In this document: piece by piece, positions 13,612 to 26,167 of the stretch
Layout of the letters: each line of letters starts with the position of its first letter
How positions within the stretch are numbered: position 1 is the stretch's first letter
Source: Dimorphilus gyrociliatus
Lineage: Eukaryota; Animalia; Annelida
Direction of reading: 5' to 3'
DNA length: 64,000 bases
NCBI GenBank assembly: GCA_904063045.1
Contig: CAJFCJ010000019.1
Span: 2,371,700 to 2,435,699 of the forward strand
The notes under the pieces: model-generated
The model's input: only the letters and a program-made list of their open reading frames with translations
Databases searched by the model: none
Told to the model about the DNA's origin: nothing
Made by a program: the position numbers and the translations under genes

Positions 13612-14565
13612 ATGCTGCCACGTTTGGTTTTTATTGAAAGTTCTTCATCAACAACCGTTACAAAGCAGAAATTTGAAACAACAACCAATAGGCGTGCATT
13701 AAAATTACCAAATATTACTATTGATTTAAAAAAGTATTAAATTAATAATAATAATAATAATAATAATAAAAGAAGTAGATTTAAACGTTTATACTTTCTA
13801 TTTAGAAAAGAATCATCATCGACTGTTGAAGCTAAGATACGCAAATATGACGAGAAAAGAAATGTAATCGAAAGTAAATATAATTTATCTAAATATCGAA
13901 GGCGATCCCTAGTACTTGCCGAACGTAAAAGACGCATAAGAAAATTATCCGATGACGTTCGGTATCATATTATAAATCAATTGCAACTGGCGATTGTGAA
14001 ACAACATAATTATGAAAATATTGATTTAACGGCATTCAAATGGTTCTTGTTGATGAATTTCGGGTATACTCATTCGTTAGTTATCGAACGTTTATACAGA
14101 GCTGTTGAAAATTTGGGAGATGGTATTGTAAATATTAAATCTTGCTTGGAGTTATTTACAATCCTTTTAAATGGCGGCTTGGAAGGTAAAAGCCGTTTGG
14201 CCTTTTACGTATATGATATATCTGGGAAAGGATACATTCGTCGTCAAGATATTTTTTATTTCGTTAAGGGATCATTATCATGGGATATAAATGAAGTTCG
14301 TTCGGGTGGGGAAAAGGAATTATCTCTAATCGCTCTCCGATTACTTGATAAGGATAATGATGGATTAGTTAGCTGGCGGGATTTCATTCAGTCAGTGGAA
14401 GATAATCCCTTAGTACTAAATCTCCTAGCACCAATACTTCCGTCCGATTTTGAAATATCAGTGTTTTATTATCGTTCCCAAAATAACTATAAAAATAAGA
14501 AATATTTGAAAAGGCAAGATTCACTTGTTCTAAACCAAGAATTACGCAAGAACTATCTGCAATAA
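13612..14565 (+). CDS. EF-hand protein, calaxin/EFCAB1-like, divergent
   Basis: Exons 13612-13733 and 13806-14565 in phase. The C-terminal half follows the calaxin layout (ERLYRA, AFYVYDISGKGYI, LDKDNDGLVSWRDF, LLAPILP). Confidence 0.65.
13744..13769. repeat. (AAT)n microsatellite in intron
   Basis: Directly visible. Confidence 0.9.
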
Positions 14566-15687
14566 AAGCAAAAATTTTTCTCCTTAGTGTACTATAAAGG
14601 GTAATATCTCTTTGGCCAAAAAAATGAGACCTATCAAAGTAATCTTGTCAATAGATATTCATATTCTAGCTGTAAAGAATGTATGGCATTTTGTCAATTG
14701 TAAGCTATTTTATTTTACCCATTATAAAGGTTGTAGTTTAATTGACCTTTTTTAAGTGCAGTCTGACATCACTAAACGCATTTTTCGAATGTAAACATAC
14801 AATTATTATAGAACAAAAAACCAGTTGAATCATATTCAAGATAAATTTAAACTTGAACTATGAAATTCTGTGTGGTCAGTAATCAACTTTTAAATAGACC
14901 TATATCGTTATGAATAATACTAATACTTTATGCATTGTCAGGTAAAGGTTTCTCTATTTTCATTTTCATATTCAACCTATAAATTTAGGTAAAAAAAAAC
15001 CACATAACAAATATAAAACCACACTGTAGAGGATATTTTATTCGGTTTCAATAAGAACTTTGCTAATCTTACTGTAATACTATACTAATTAGCGCTGGAA
15101 AGAAATGGTTTTATTCCCTAATTAGGACGTATTTCTTTTGATTACATACTTTAGTAGGACAACAAAAATTTTTTTACCCCAAGCAGATTTTTTATAAATG
15201 ATGATGTAATTATAATTGTATGCCAATAATACAGTATAAATTTTTAAGGCAGATTATCGGATCATGTAATCCAAACACCTTATTTCAATAGCACTAGAGA
15301 TTAAGCTTTAGGTACATTTTACGAAATAATTGATTTTAGAAGGTAGATTATTCTTTCCGTTTAAAAACTATAACTAACTTAGAGTTGTTTATTCTTCAAC
15401 AATAAAAGCTTTAATGTTTAGAATATACAAATACAATAGAACTCAAACTAACTTAAAAACGATTAAATTTCAATTTTTACACCTCTGAAAGCACGTAATG
15501 GGTTATGTGAAAGGGGAGGGAGATGGGGAATGGACAGTAAGAATGACCAAATCAATAATAAAAACTTAAATAAACAATAATAACATAAAAACATTAATGC
15601 AATCATTAAGAAATTACATGTTTTTGTTCAAATAACTAACTACAGACTTCAGTTCCTAAATTTAAATAATCTAATTGTATAGATTGA

Positions 15688-16614
15688 TTATTCAGCAATT
15701 GCTTCCAAACATTCGTCAATATTGAAATTCTTTGTAGTTTTATCTTCATCGTCGAATTCATGCAATCGCCTTCGCCATATTCTAATTTGTTGATCGAAAG
15801 AGCGTCTTGAGCAAACTTGAAGTTTATCAGGAGTTCGTGGGTCTTGAGAACTCCTCTGATTTCTAATTAATCGTTACGTAATTACAAATAATTACTTAAC
15901 AGTTTAACCAATTAACTTTTATCTTACCTTTTCACTTTGTCAGTGTAATTGAGATACTCGGACGTTTTCTTTCCATAATTAATTTGTTTTTCCCGGCGAG
16001 ATATGACTTGAGTATCGCTTTCCACGGGAAGCTGATACGGTCGGGATCTATTTGAATCTTTTAGCGGCCTGATAAACCAAATTTATTACCTACAATATTA
16101 CGACTCTGAGAACCAGAAAAGTGCTTACTTGTTCTGATGTTCGCTCAGGTGCAACTTTCTTTTCGATCTTATATTACGATCTCGTAGTTTTTGCGCTTTA
16201 AGATTTGCTTTTGAGTCTTCTTCTTCAACTTGTTCTGCCCATGACAAATTTTGCTTTTTCAAAGAATCTGATAGCCTACAAAAAGACAATGATAAACCGA
16301 TAAATACGACATTCAATCTCAGTACAAACATCTTAAAGTCATCATCGTCAACGCTACTTCTTTCTTCGTCTGAACTGTTTAATAATACTTATTGATTTAA
16401 TACTTGAAAAAAAAACAAACAATATTAGGCCTTACCTATTCACCGCTTTATCTAGGTCGCTATTTAATGGACTTCTAAAACCTCCGACGGCATCCTTTCT
16501 TCTCCGAAAGCTGTTTACAATTTGGGCGCGAAATTAATACTAGCAAACGTCATAAAATTAATAAATTTCAAACCCTGAATTCTTTTGATCTGGGGTACTT
16601 GATGTTGATTGCAT
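15688..16614 (-). CDS. SLBP: Histone stem-loop binding protein
   Basis: Exons 16614-16574, 16510-16436, 16374-16330, 16275-16129, 16068-15928, 15862-15688. RNA-binding domain RREKQINYGK...RTPDK...SRRSFDQQIRIWRRRLHEFD and N-terminal SWAEQVEEE motif. Confidence 0.9.
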
Positions 16615-16694
16615 TTCTTCGGCCAGGTTAAAACTTCCTATAAACTAGAAACTTCAATTAAAATCACTTTACGGGTAAATTAACAGTTATATTG

Positions 16695-16704
16695 TTTCGC
16701 GCCC
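16695..16704 (+). promoter_or_regulatory. E2F-type site TTTCGCGCCC upstream of SLBP (identical site, opposite orientation, at 16524-16533 in SLBP intron 1)
   Basis: Two exact copies flanking the first exon of an S-phase gene. Confidence 0.6.
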
Positions 16705-16953
16705 ATATTGAATCTATCTATGAAGTGGTTCCCTGTCGGATACTTGAACCAGTTTAATATAGTCTAGTTTTTATCGAGCCTTGTGAGCGAAGCTGTCAAA
16801 TAGGACTATTAAAAAGTTCACCACGCATGCGTCAATATTTTCACTGTTCATTCGGTGCACAAAGATCCGTGCTAGAGGCCAACTGTACATGTCTCAACAG
16901 TTTTCGTAAGTCTGCACTGCGAGAAATGATACCGAACGACAATTATTGAAGAC

Positions 16954-17757
16954 ATGTATAGGATGTTTAGGTCATATTCACGGAAGTTGCCGTTAGATAC
17001 AACAACCGTTATATCAAATTTAGTCGATTACGTCAACAATGGAAAACGAAACAATATCAAATATGGCCTGATTAATGCTATCGATACACTTTCGTATGAT
17101 AACTCTTTCGAATTGACGAATATGGCGGAGAAAATTCCAATAGATGACATAAAGTTGTTAAATAAGAGCCTGCATAGGGTAATGGAGAGTATGTTCGGAG
17201 ATGGGAAAATTAGTTATGAAAGGATCTTGGGTTTGATTGTATTTGGAGGATTTCTTTGTAAAAAATGCTCTAAATATGGAGTCGAAAATAATGAGGTTGA
17301 AGTAATTAAGAAAATATTAGGGGAATTTGTAGATAAAAACTTGCTCGACTGGTTGCATAAATTGGGTGGATGGGTAATTATTTTGCTCCTCTTTTACTGT
17401 ATCTTACTTTATAATAATAAATTTACGCACGAAAATATCATTAATTTCAACTTAAAACATTTTTACTCTAAAAATTCACATAAAAAATTTCTTTTTACGA
17501 ATATCAAATGCTTTAAACATTTTGATTCAACTCAATTATCAAACTTTATCCTATTTCTATTGCTTCTAAAGAATTTGTTCTATTAGTATCTTATGAGCTA
17601 TTGAAAGTTTTCTTATAAATATTTAATGAATGAAAAAAATAATTGACAGGAAAGTTTTTACGACTACTTTGATCCTAAAAGTGAAAGTTTTGGTGAAAAA
17701 CTCCTCCAGAATGGTCTAAGTGCTGCCAAAATAATAATATCTTCTCTTCAAGTTTAG
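16954..17757 (+). CDS. Bcl-2 family protein, CED-9/Mcl-1-like
   Basis: Exons 16954-17373 and 17650-17757. BH1-like SYERILGLIVFGGFL and BH2 DWLHKLGGW|ESF, with the intron at the usual position inside BH2. Confidence 0.85.
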
Positions 17758-18072
17758 CACTAAGGAAGAAGGATATTTTGAACAATTTTACTTGAATATT
17801 TTCTTTAATTACGATATCTATTTATTTTTTATGCTTTGAGTCTATGTAAAGTATAAATGTTGAATTTTTCGACTATAAAAAGCGTTAGTTACAAGTTAAA
17901 TGTTTATGCAAGAAAAGTATGAACAAAATCAAGTGCAATCGATAAAATAAATCGCCGATAAAACAGACATTACTTTACCAAGTTTTTTTATACACTCATT
18001 CAATGAATTCGTAACTTCTCTTAAATCTTCAACGTATAAATATTAGCTTAATGTTGGCTAATTAATTAACCT

Positions 18073-19657
18073 CTAGATTCCTCCTATTTCATTAACAGAT
18101 AACAATCGTTTTGTTTCAGAAAAATCGCCTCTGTTACAGCCGTTTTTAAGTGTCAATAAATCAGTATCAAGTAGTAATTGATGATTAGCTTTTTTGTAAT
18201 CTAACGCCTCTGGTCGTATTGTTTTTAATTGTTTATGATATTCAACGGTTGTCCTCAAATTAGATACAATCTGAAAAAGAAAATAATGAGTCTTGCTTTG
18301 GACAGCATAAAATAATATTCTTTTTAAGCAAATTTCCATTCATGTTTTCACTTCAGAGTATTATCGGATTAATATGATAATAGTATTCTGTCATAATACA
18401 AAAATATAAATGAAAAACTTACTTCTGAGACATATTCTAATTTATTATTCACTCTTTTCACAACTGATCCAATTTTATAGTTGAAGTCACCTACATCTGA
18501 TTCGTTACGACCACACCATGGAAATATATCACTATCAAAAGTTTGAGAGAACATGCTTATTTGTTGAGAAACTTCATTAATTTCAATTTCTAGCTGTTTC
18601 AAAAGTCTCTCTCTGTCTTCATTGGTTCCCCTTTCAATGTTTATTTGATCGATATTTATCTCTGGTTGCTTGTTCTCCTCTCTATTATGCTAAGAAGAGA
18701 TAACATTATTAGCTTTATCAGTTAAAAAAATAGTAGAATTAATAAAGCTATGCTAACAGATACAAGATATCTACTAACAATGTCACAATTATTTAAACTC
18801 TTATCGAGCTGTGTTAAGTCTGGAATGGCCGGATCATTGATGTTATAACCTTGCTGTTTCCACCTATTATGTATGGATTTTTCGATAGATATCGGCACAA
18901 TATGCACATCAGGAGCAAATAAATCATCAAAATTTTCTCCTCTTGATAACACATCGATAAATTTACAATTTTCTTCATACTGATCAGCCAATGAGGGATG
19001 TAATCTATTGGGAAAAAACGTGTTTAGAGATATAAGTATAGCATATTTAAGTAACACAGTACCTATCTCCAATATCCACAAGAAAATCTCTGTCATACTT
19101 TTCTTTTATTTCGACATATTTTATTAGCTTCCTAAAAAATAAGAGCTGTTTTGCTGGTGGACAACTTCCCTAAGTATATGAAAAACAATATAATTGGATT
19201 TTAAATTGATTATTTATTTACTCACTGTAATTAAATCGATATCTTCCCTTTTGCATAAACCCAATAGTGTAGAGACAAATAGTAAATCTAAAATCACAAA
19301 GAATTTTTTAATAGTTTAAAAATACATCAAAAAGTATCATTCTCAGCATACTTCGAATTTTTTCATTTGAAAAGTTTCCAAAGTTTTTCTCAGAGTCAAG
19401 TATTAATGATAAAGATGGATCAAGAGTTTCAAAAAGCCACTTTAAAATCCTAAATCTCACTTCATTGGGCGATAATAAAAGCTCTCCAACCCAACTCTCT
19501 GTAAAATCTTCAATGAATGGGCATTTTAATTCCTGTTCTCAGAGAAGAGTAATTAACTATGATTTCATGTGAAATTACGTTCCAAACTCACTAAAAGAGA
19601 TCTCGTGATTTTCGTGAGAAAGTAGGAAGTTTTTTGTTTATCCTTTTTAGCGCTCAT
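18073..19657 (-). CDS. HAUS7: Augmin/HAUS complex subunit 7-like, multi-exon
   Basis: Minus-strand exons give LKCPFIEDF...ELLLSPNEVRFRILKWLF and LGLCKREDIDLITGSCPPAKQLLFF, resembling the HAUS7 N-terminus. ORFs at 18722-19096, 18369-18602 and 18073-18339 cover downstream exons. Confidence 0.65.
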
Positions 19658-19879
19658 ATCAGAAATTCCAAAAAAAGCGGAATCCCTACAGTCAAAACAT
19701 TTAATCAAGCTTTTAGTATGGCTCTTATTCAGGGCGCTACCTGAAACCCTTTAAAGTAGAACATATTAAGTAGCCTGATTAAAAAAACCTAAAATAAGGA
19801 ACTTCCGTTTCCTCCCTCATTGTTTGGGCATATTAGACTTATTACTTGAGGATCGGCAGGTTTTGGGATTTTTAATGCC

Positions 19880-20943
19880 ATGTCTACATCATCAGATATA
19901 GCTGGATTACCATCCGGATGGGCTCGAGAAGAAACTACTCGTAAAACTGGTATATCGGCAGGAAAAGTGGACGTTTATTATCACGGGTAAGCATATAATC
20001 ATTGTCTCATCACCTAATTAATCCCATTTCTAAATTCTACCGATAATAGACCAGACGGGCTCATTGTAAGAAGTAAACCTGAGCTGGCTAGAGCACTTGA
20101 AGGAAAGGTAGATTTGAGCTGTTTTGATTATAAATCGGGCAAGATTCTTCAAGGCTCTTTAAGAAAAAGTAAATCCAGGATGAGAACTATAACAGATGGT
20201 CGAGGTAAACTCATATATAAGAAGTATATTTTCTAAATTTGAAATTTTTTTTAATTATAGCTGGATATAGACATGATTCAAATCTTGTGTTGCCTATTCG
20301 CCAAACTGCCTCAATTTTTAAACAACCGGTTACTGTAATTAGAACTCAACCAAAGAGCCAAACGCGAAATGATATAAAACATGGCAGTCAAGAGCCACCA
20401 AGACAACTATTTTGGGAAAGACGATTGCGATCCTTGTTTGCCCGAAATATAAAGGGATCAAAATTCGAACCACTGAGCCTACCTTCCAAATTTCAACGTT
20501 GGTATTAATTAGATGTGACCCTATTTTTGATATTAATTATTTATCTACATTATATTCCAAAATAGCCTCTCTAGAGGATTTAACGTACGAAAACATGTTG
20601 CAAAGCATTGCTGCAATTCTGCATTTAAATCAAAAACCAGTAACTGGTCAGTGCACACCTAAAAATGCTTTAAGGCAAAACCCCGCTGTTTTGACTAACC
20701 CAGATCAGCCAGTCATTCAGGTAACGTGCAGTTTTCACACTCATACAAACTCTTTTAAGATAACTTGTATAATAATTGTCTTGTAAATAGGCTGTAGTCG
20801 TGACGGAAGATGATATTCGACAACAACAACACAAAGTATCGGAAACTCGAAAAGAATTAGAAAAAGTTATTAAGCTTTGTGAAAAATTGAACCATCAACC
20901 TCTTCCAAAGGACGATTTCGAAGATGAACCAATGGATTCTTAA
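19880..20943 (+). CDS. MBD2/3: Methyl-CpG-binding domain protein 2/3 (NuRD)
   Basis: MBD (LPSGWAREE..RKTGISAGKVDVYY..RSKPEL), PIRQTASIFKQPVT, QLFWERRL, C-terminal coiled coil (VTEDDIRQQQHKVSETRKRL); five exons. Confidence 0.92.
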
Positions 20944-21079
20944 ATGTTTATTTATACTTGTATATATATATAGCTATGTTATAGAAAGTGCTGGAACGTA
21001 GAGTTTTAATAGTTTTGAAATAATAAAAAAATCAATTATAAAATCATATAAAGAACAGTAGAAAAGAGTTTTTTTTTAT

Positions 21080-22868
21080 CTATATGCTACTTTGTTCGTT
21101 ACAGACTGTATTATCGTCATTATCTAAAGGTTTTTCATTATCTTGAGCGGTTTTCAAATGCATCATGTCGTCAGCATTAACTCTAGCAATGATTTCGTCA
21201 ACAGTCGTATAATGGGTTGAATAACTACGAACGACATCTAGAATTTCCTCTTTTTGAGTGGAGAGTAGCTGATTTCGTAGGAATTCAACTTCTCTAACAA
21301 GGAGAGATCTGTCTCTTAAAAGGTTTTGTTGCTGCGTTAAAAGTTCAACTATTTGAGATGCTGTATTTCCACCATGTTCATCTAGTTGTCGAATTCTTTC
21401 CCGTAATTTTTCATGGAGTACACCGTGTGCGTGATTTTGTTGTTCAAAGTCATCTAATCTCTCTTGAGCTTTGTTTAAACGTTCCCTTAGAATTTGATTT
21501 TGAGATTTTAACTTACTGTTCTCTTTTCTAGGAAATACAAGGATAATTTTAGACATGATAAGATAAAAGCCTGATTATGACATCTCACCTGTATTTGCTA
21601 TTGCAAAAGCTCAATTTTTCGGTCAAATTGTGACACTCTGATCTCAGCTGGTCGACTAGATGACGTTGAGCATTTGCTATATCTTCGAATTCAATTGTTC
21701 TTTTAGCTGTAAAAGATTAAAGTGGACAAGGACTATTGTTTTATGGCGAAATATAGGACTCACCACTCTTTGTCTCTAAAGTATCCAAAAGCACATTAAG
21801 TTCTTGCTCTCTTTTCTGAGCTTGTAAAGATAATGATTTTAAGTCATCACTACGATTTTTTTCAATCGTCTCCTTAGCCAATTTAGCACCATGAGCATCT
21901 CTTTCTAACTCTTGTAGCCTATTCATTAATTCAATACAGTTTTCTTTAGAATCTATAAGCTGTTTTTCAGCCGTAGCTAATCTTCTTTGAAGGTTATCAT
22001 TTTCCATTTGCAATCTTTCCTTTTCTTTTGTAGAGTCGTTGATAGTTTTCTCCAAATGAACTCGCATTTTTCTCATTTCATTAATAGCTGCATTACGTTC
22101 AATAGTTGAATGGGTTGCTGTCATTTTCATTGAGTCAGTTGCATGGCCGTAGTTGAAGTCATATTTTGATAATTCTTCCTTCAACCTCTCAACTTCCGCC
22201 AACAGATCTACTTTGTCCCTGCAAACAGTTTCCAACTCTGATTTGGCTTTTATGAACGAAGAGGACGCTGTGTTCAATTTTTCGTTTAGATCATTTAACT
22301 CATCAGCCACCTCCTTGCGAATAATACTTCGTTCCTCGACCATTTTTGCTGCAGTCTCTTCAGTATGTTTTTCCATTCTGAGATGCATTTCAGCCAATCT
22401 CTCCCTAAGCTGCTCTTTTTCATATAAGGCTTGAGTTCTCTCTAATTGAGACTCTTCAACGAATGCTACACTTTGCTTTACTTGTTCGTATGCCTCCTGT
22501 TCCCTAGACCTAGAAACGTTTAGTTGTTTTTGAGCCTCTAACATTTTTTGAGCCAATTCATCTCTCTCTTTCGTAATATTTTCAACAGCTTTATTAGGTG
22601 TTGTTGAAGATGTAGACAGAACAGCTTCATTTCTACCACAACTAACGCACAATCCAGTCAGTATTTGATCAGGAGACACATTCAATGCATTTTTCAATCT
22701 TAATTCGGATTTAACGTCTTCTAATTCTTTACTTTTTTCTTCTAATTCGGTTCTAATAATGTTTACGTGTAAAGAATAATAAATTATAATTTAATAACTT
22801 ACTTTAAATGATTAACTTGAACTTCAAGCCGATTAGCTTTCGTGTAGTGTAAAGTTTTTAATTTTTCC

Positions 22869-22908
<40 letters not shown>

Positions 22909-23721
22909 GGATAGAGAACAAAAAAGATAAATTACATAATGAATTTTCTATTATGTTTAATGAAATTAGTTTAAAAAAACCTTACAATTTCTCTTTGCCA
23001 TGTTGATAAGTCAGCTTTTGAATATTCATTTCTTTCATTGGTTATCGCTGCTCCTAATAATTGGTTTTCTTGTAGCTTTAAAATTAAAATTAATTGAATT
23101 AGTAGTTAACTCGAAGAATGTTAATTACATGAGCGGTTTCAAACGTGTCTTGTTGGAGCATTAGATTAATTAATCCGGATTTTAATTCCTCATGTAATAC
23201 GTTGTTTTCTTCAACAACTGTAAGGAGCTTAGTACGAAATTCTTGAAGTTGTTCCTAATAATAAACGATTTATTATATCTATTTGAATAATTGAACTTGT
23301 TCAAATTGAATAAATTACTTTTAAGTACTCATTTTCATTTTCAACATGCTTTAAGAGAATTGATTGTTTCTTTAAAATAGGTACAACTTCCTCTGGTTTT
23401 GGTAGAAATCCTTCATAGTGATAATCTTTGTAAGAAGTCTTATTTGAAATAATTTTATAAGATTAATTTGTATAGATGCTTGATTAAAGATTTCACATAC
23501 TCGCTCATTAAATAAAACATTTCTATCATCTCTTCCCTTAGGATTGTTAATCAACTTCTGCAAATCGTGAACAGCTCTCGAGTAAGTTCTGTCACTGAAT
23601 TCCGTTTGCCTATTCTCTGTGTACAGACTATCATACTGGTTTCGTCTAGTTAGCTTTTGCTGAATAGAAGGATAGGTCGAAAAAGCTTCTTGCAAATCTT
23701 GGTGCGATCCCAGTGCTTTAT
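21080..23721 (-). CDS. SDCCAG8: Centrosomal coiled-coil protein SDCCAG8/CCCAP; start exon not resolved
   Basis: GLCVSCGRNEAVLS, KERDEL, REQEAYEQVKQ and upstream VVPILKKQSILLKHVENE match recalled SDCCAG8 motifs; multiple GT-AG introns. Confidence 0.8.
22876..22905. repeat. (GA)n microsatellite in SDCCAG8 intron
   Basis: Directly visible; forms the polypyrimidine tract on the minus strand. Confidence 0.9.
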
Positions 23722-24237
23722 CTTGAAAATTTTAAAAATATATTAGTAAACACAACGCCATCTGTGAAGTACCGCTAACTAAACGTGTTTGAACGAGTTT
23801 ACAATTAAAATTCGAAATCGAAAAATTTACGAAATTGGAATGCGAATCAAAATAAAATTTGAACTATTCATTTCCATGTTCAATGCATTTTTAGATTGTC
23901 TTCCCTTGTTTTGAAATAATGAAAACCCAGGCAATAAAAAATTCATACCTCGGAGGGAATGTTTGTAATGATCGTAAGTTAGCTCCGTATCATTCATTTA
24001 TCAAGGTTTCATTTATTAATTGATAAAACAAACCATGTAACAGAACAAACTATATAATAAAAAGGATTCAAATTATAAAATAGCAATTCTTTTGGATTTT
24101 CTTCAATGCATACTGCAACATAGGAACCAGTCTAAAATCCTAAGAAATTAAGTGCGGCCCTGAATGTAAACAATTTCAAGTCTGCCTAGATTCGGCACGA
24201 ATTTCTTAACTTTTGACTGAAATGTAATTTACAAATT

Positions 24238-25246
24238 ATGTCGGAAGAACTAGAGGATCAGATATTAGAAGATTTATACAGTTGGTTGGACCAGATTCCT
24301 TTATCAAGAGAAAAGAAGTCGGTGAGAAGGGATTTTGCAGATGGAGGTAAAGTTTCTATTCAATTATTTATTCATATAGTCAAAGTTTCCAATACTTTAG
24401 TTTTGGTAGCCGAGATAATTAAGTTTTACTTCCCCGAAATGGTTGATCTACATAATTATCCACCAGCCAGTATGATACAGAGAAAAACTGACAATTGGAA
24501 TCTCTTAAATAAGTTCGAAAATATTTTAAGTCGTACCGTATATTTGTTTACTTTTTAATCCGTATTATTTTATAGGAAGGTCTTCCGGAAGTTGGGATTT
24601 GAACTACAACAGGTATTTGTCTAATATATAAAGATCAAAGATATTTAACACCATTTTTCCTTTTAGGACGTCATAAGTAAATTAGTTGCGGGTCGTCAAG
24701 GAGAACATGCTGCGGAACATTTCCTCCTCATGCTACGGAGTAAGGTGGAAAGAAAATTGTTTCAGAAAAAGAGACAAACCGAGAGTGAGGTCATCGACAG
24801 AAAGTCAAAATCGGAACGAGATCAACAGGTTCCTCCACTAACGTATCCTGCAGTACAGAAGTTAAGAGGAACTTTGGAAGCAGGGTATATTTATTTATTG
24901 TTTGTGGCTTAACTTTACAATATATAATGTCAATCGATATTTCAGAAGTGTAATGGCTAACGAGCGGAAGTTAAACTATAAATTTTCAACTCCTCGGACA
25001 AAGCCTCCTAATCAACAAGATACGGTATCGAAACTTGCTTTGGAAGAGGTGGAGCAAGAGTTGCTAACTCGCGACGAAACTATTCAGGTCCTACAAGCTA
25101 AAGTTCGACGTTTAGAGCACTTATTGCATTTAAAAGACATCCGAATCGAAGATTTACAATCTAGGCTGCAGATGGCAAACCAAGAGAAAATAAGTAGGGC
25201 CCAGCAACTGTTCAGTCAGCATAAGGTTACAACGAAACATAGATGA
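24238..25246 (+). CDS. SPEF1: Sperm flagellar protein 1 (CLAMP), CH domain plus coiled coil
   Basis: LYSWLDQIPLSREKKSVRRDFADG|VLVAEIIKFYFPEMVDLHNY and C-terminal DETIQVLQAKVRRLEHLLHLKDIRIEDL. Confidence 0.9.
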
Positions 25247-25422
25247 CTGGGAAAGTGATCGTTAATTGATTTTCTATGCTCAGTGAAAGCTTAAATTACT
25301 TAATATACGAAGTCTTAAATTAATATTAAAGAAAAGCAAATACTATTTGCTTTTTTCATTATTTTATGTTGAATTCAGAAACTTATCGTCTATTTCAACT
25401 AAGTGACAAATTGATGTACCTA

Positions 25423-25893
25423 TTAAATGTCCCAAACAGCTTTTTCTGCACGGTAGTCTTCTTCAACTACAGCTTGGGTTTCTGTTGCTTTTTCAGCTTC
25501 TTGCGCTTTAACATCACCGATTCCAACTGCTTCCAAAGTGGGGTCGGAAAAAGAGAAAGATGGGAAGGATGTGGGATCTTCGTTCTTTCCAATATATTGT
25601 CGTTCAATTTTTTCCATTTCATCAGACAAAGATTTTTTCAAGGCAGTCGTAGCTTCTACAAGCCTGTCGCCAGACGATTTAGCTTTTTTGTCATATTCGT
25701 GAATTTTGTCGACGAATAGTTGCTGAATAGGATCGAGTTTTTGACTGGTCGGTGCAGCTGCTAAATATATGAAATGCATTAGAATGGAATTTATTTGATA
25801 CTCTAACAATAAAAAAATTTAATACATACTAGCAAAGAACCTTGTATTTGTTTGAGCTAAGCGAGCTCCCCTGCAAACCAGTTGACGAAACAT
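25423..25893 (-). CDS. ATP5PF: Mitochondrial ATP synthase coupling factor 6
   Basis: Presequence-like exon (MFRQLVCRGARLAQTNTRFFA), then DPIQQLFVDKIHEY...FPSFSFSDP. Confidence 0.85.
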
Positions 25894-26167
25894 TGCTCTT
25901 AGAAGATGGTTTCTATAAAGAGTATTGGATTATTCACTTTATTAAAATCTTATCAGATGAACTAAATTAAATATTACAATTTGAATAGATACTAGAGAAA
26001 AACAAGCATTTACCCGAGTTCCGAGTGACCGTCAAAGTCTTGTCCTTGACCAAGCGATTTTGGTAGTATCGCACAAAATAATTATTAAACTATTCTATTT
26101 CCGATTCCTCCATTTCGTGCGTAACTCTAACATCGGGACGGGGACCAGGTTGTAAACAAACGCGTCC

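Noticed and set aside
14936-14947. 12-nt match to the 3' part of miR-8 (tgtcaggtaaag)
   Set aside because: Seed absent and no precursor hairpin
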